Origin: Mobula hypostoma
Taxonomy: Eukaryota
Direction: 5' to 3'
NCBI RefSeq assembly: GCF_963921235.1
Contig: NC_086097.1
Span: 39,000,001-39,064,000 of the forward strand
Length of the DNA: 64,000 nucleotides
The notes under the pieces were generated by a model. It had not been told where the DNA came from. It searched no databases and saw only the letters and a program-made list of their open reading frames with translations. Within the stretch, counting starts at the first letter, position 1. The number at the start of each line of letters is the position of its first letter. Below are positions 61,736 to 64,000 of the stretch, piece by piece. Both the position numbers and the translations under genes were made by a program.

Positions 61736-61843
61736 ATTGTTTCTGAAATAGAAAATATGCGCCATAGAATTATTGAAGTTCGCCAAGAAATACATAATCA
61801 TAATGAAAATGAAGTTAGCCGAAGATGGGCATTTGAGGAAGGA
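61736..61843 (+). CDS. PRPF39: PRPF39 exon 7 (IVSEIENMRHRIIEVRQEIHNHNENEVSRRWAFEEG); the gene continues beyond the window
   Basis: tttag|ATT acceptor and GGA|gtaagt donor; conserved EIENMRHRIIE...RWxFEEG. Confidence 0.95.
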
Positions 61844-62739
61844 GTAAGTATTTTTTAACAGAACTAAATAGTAACAAAAGCAAATTAACTAATATTTCTT
61901 AACATCTATATGTTGTATTGTCTAGAAGATTTCTAAGATTTTCCAAGCATAAATTTGAGGTGAAAAGAAAGACTAATTGTTGTAACTGTGACTAAATCAC
62001 TGGAGAAACAGGCAGACGTGCTCTTGGAGAACCTCTTGGTGGTCTCCCAAACTCAACGTTCTGTACATCAATATTTTGAACTCTTGAGAACAATAGTAAC
62101 AGCAAATATTTTGATAAAATTTATCACATATACATCAAAGCATGCCATGAAATGTGTAGTTTTCGTTAATAACCAGCACATCAATGATGTGCTTGGGGTC
62201 AGCCAGCAAGTGTCTCCACATTCCAATACCAACATAGCATGCCCACAATGTTCAACAGAACAACAACAGAGCAAAACAAGATAATAACAGCAAAACAAGC
62301 CAGTTTCTCAGCCTCCCATCCATCCCCTCACATACACAGACCTCCAACCCCAAGACAGGCTGACTCTGGGCCTCCAGTCCTTGGCCCTGGGGTCATTGGT
62401 TCCCTTGGCCATGATGTCTATGTGGTTGGTCCAGGACAGGTTATCGGTAATGTTCTCATCTAGGAACTTAAAGCTCCCAACCCTTTCAATCTTAGCACCT
62501 TCGATGTAAACAGAAGTATGTGTACTCACCCTTTCCTGAAGTCAATAACAAGTTCTTCTGCTTTGCTGACACTGAGGGAAAAATTGTCATGTCAGTAGGC
62601 TCTCTTATCTCCTTCCAGTACTCAGACTCATCATTTGAGATATGACCCTCTACAGTGGTATAATCTGCAAACTTGCAGGTAGACTTGGAATAGAAGCTGG
62701 CCACATGGTTATAATTGTATAGGGAGTGGAGAAGGCTAA

Positions 62740-63215
62740 AGGCTGATTTATGCTTTTGTGTCAAATCGATGCCGTAGGTACGGCATAGCTGTGAACCCTA
62801 CGCCGTAGCCTGACGCGCACCTCCCCCAAAATGTAACTACGCGTCGTGGCAGCGCAGACCGCAACAACTGTGGTCCACTTGATAGCATCTCATTTCCTCC
62901 TACGCCGCAATAGCTTCCCATTGGGCGACTGAAGGGCAGGGAAGGAACTCTGGCTGCAATGCTTTCCATAAAAGCTTTCCGAAATTATGGAGGACACATT
63001 TCGCTTTTACGAAAAAAGACGCACGCCTTAAACTTGTTTACCCCAAGAAAGACTACCATGACCATGAAGCCTTGCACGGGCAGGTGTGTGCGCGTGTGCG
63101 CATGTGCGACGTGCCTGAATTGCAGAGCGACGCAGACACACCAACACACAAGTATAAATGCTCACAACGCGCGTAGGTTAAGGCGTCGATTTGACACAGA
63201 AGTATAAATCAGCCT
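62740..63215. mobile_element. PIF/Harbinger-type MITE, 476 bp
   Basis: TIRs of about 34 bp (AGGCTGATTTATGCTTTTGTGTCAAATCGATGCC and GGCGTCGATTTGACACAGAAGTATAAATCAGCCT); TAA TSD at 62737-39 and 63216-18. Confidence 0.85.
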
Positions 63216-64000
63216 TAAGGGTACAGCTTTTTGGGGCACCAGTGTTGAGGATAATCATTGTGTAGGTGTTGCGGCCTATCTTTACTGATTGAGTTCAGGA
63301 AGTCAAGGATCCAGTTGCAAAAGGAGGTATTAAATTCCAGCTCTTGGAGTTTGTTGAGCTTGCTTGGAATTATAGAATTAAAGGCATAGTTGTAGTCAAT
63401 GAACAATAGTCTAATGTAGTCTTTACTCTTCAGGTGCTCCAGATATGAGTATAGGGCCAGGGAGATGGCATCTGCTGTGGATCCTTTTCTGCATCCTTGT
63501 AGTCTTTAATCCACAGTTGTTCATCAAATCACTCTATTGTCATATTAAACACTTTGCCATCTGCCCAAGTGTCATGTGTATATTTTTACCCCTAAGTGAG
63601 AACTGTTTTTTAATACTCTGCTTGTATTACTGGATTACACATCCCCCTATGTTACACATACACGATTTGTCTGCTCTTCCTGTACCAGCTCACTCATTAG
63701 CTGTTTATTTCCAACTTACAGACATTCACTTTATAAATTGTTCTCAGGGATGAAAAACTGTTGTAACCTAGCGATTGCTTGTACAAATATGCCAGTGGGC
63801 AACAACTCTGCATATTTCTGTACAGTTTTTATTATTTCAGAAGTCTGCAGTTGTTTCCAACACAAACATTAAGTTAACTGACTGATATTTACTGGTTTTG
63901 TTTTCCTTCGTTTTGAATAGAAATACTTAATACAGCACATGGCAAGATTAAGCTGTTTTGCCAAGCTTACTTCTAAAGGCAACATGCATTCAATCCTTCA

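Overview
Vertebrate genomic DNA, most likely a cartilaginous fish such as a ray; this is inferred from the repeat content and intron style, not proven. Two + strand genes lie in the conserved vertebrate order. The last 10 coding exons of TOGARAM1 (FAM179B) span 1863-24948 and include one GC-AG intron. Exons 1-7 of PRPF39 follow a CpG-island promoter at about 41.9-42.3 kb, with CDS exons at 42002-61843 continuing past the window. Most of the remaining sequence is nested transposon debris: CR1, Rex/Babar-like, RTE and L1 LINEs, tRNA-derived SINEs, Tc1 elements, a Harbinger-type MITE and a fragmented ERV (integrase and env). The most notable system is a Neptune-like Penelope element (RT plus GIY-YIG) whose 3' end carries a minimal hammerhead-ribozyme motif. 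It repeatedly occurs as head-to-head, tail-out palindromes from about 0.2 to 3.5 kb, most with target-site duplications and a reproducible short-arm endpoint. Also notable are a Sleeping Beauty-like IR/DR end and candidate poison exons in PRPF39.
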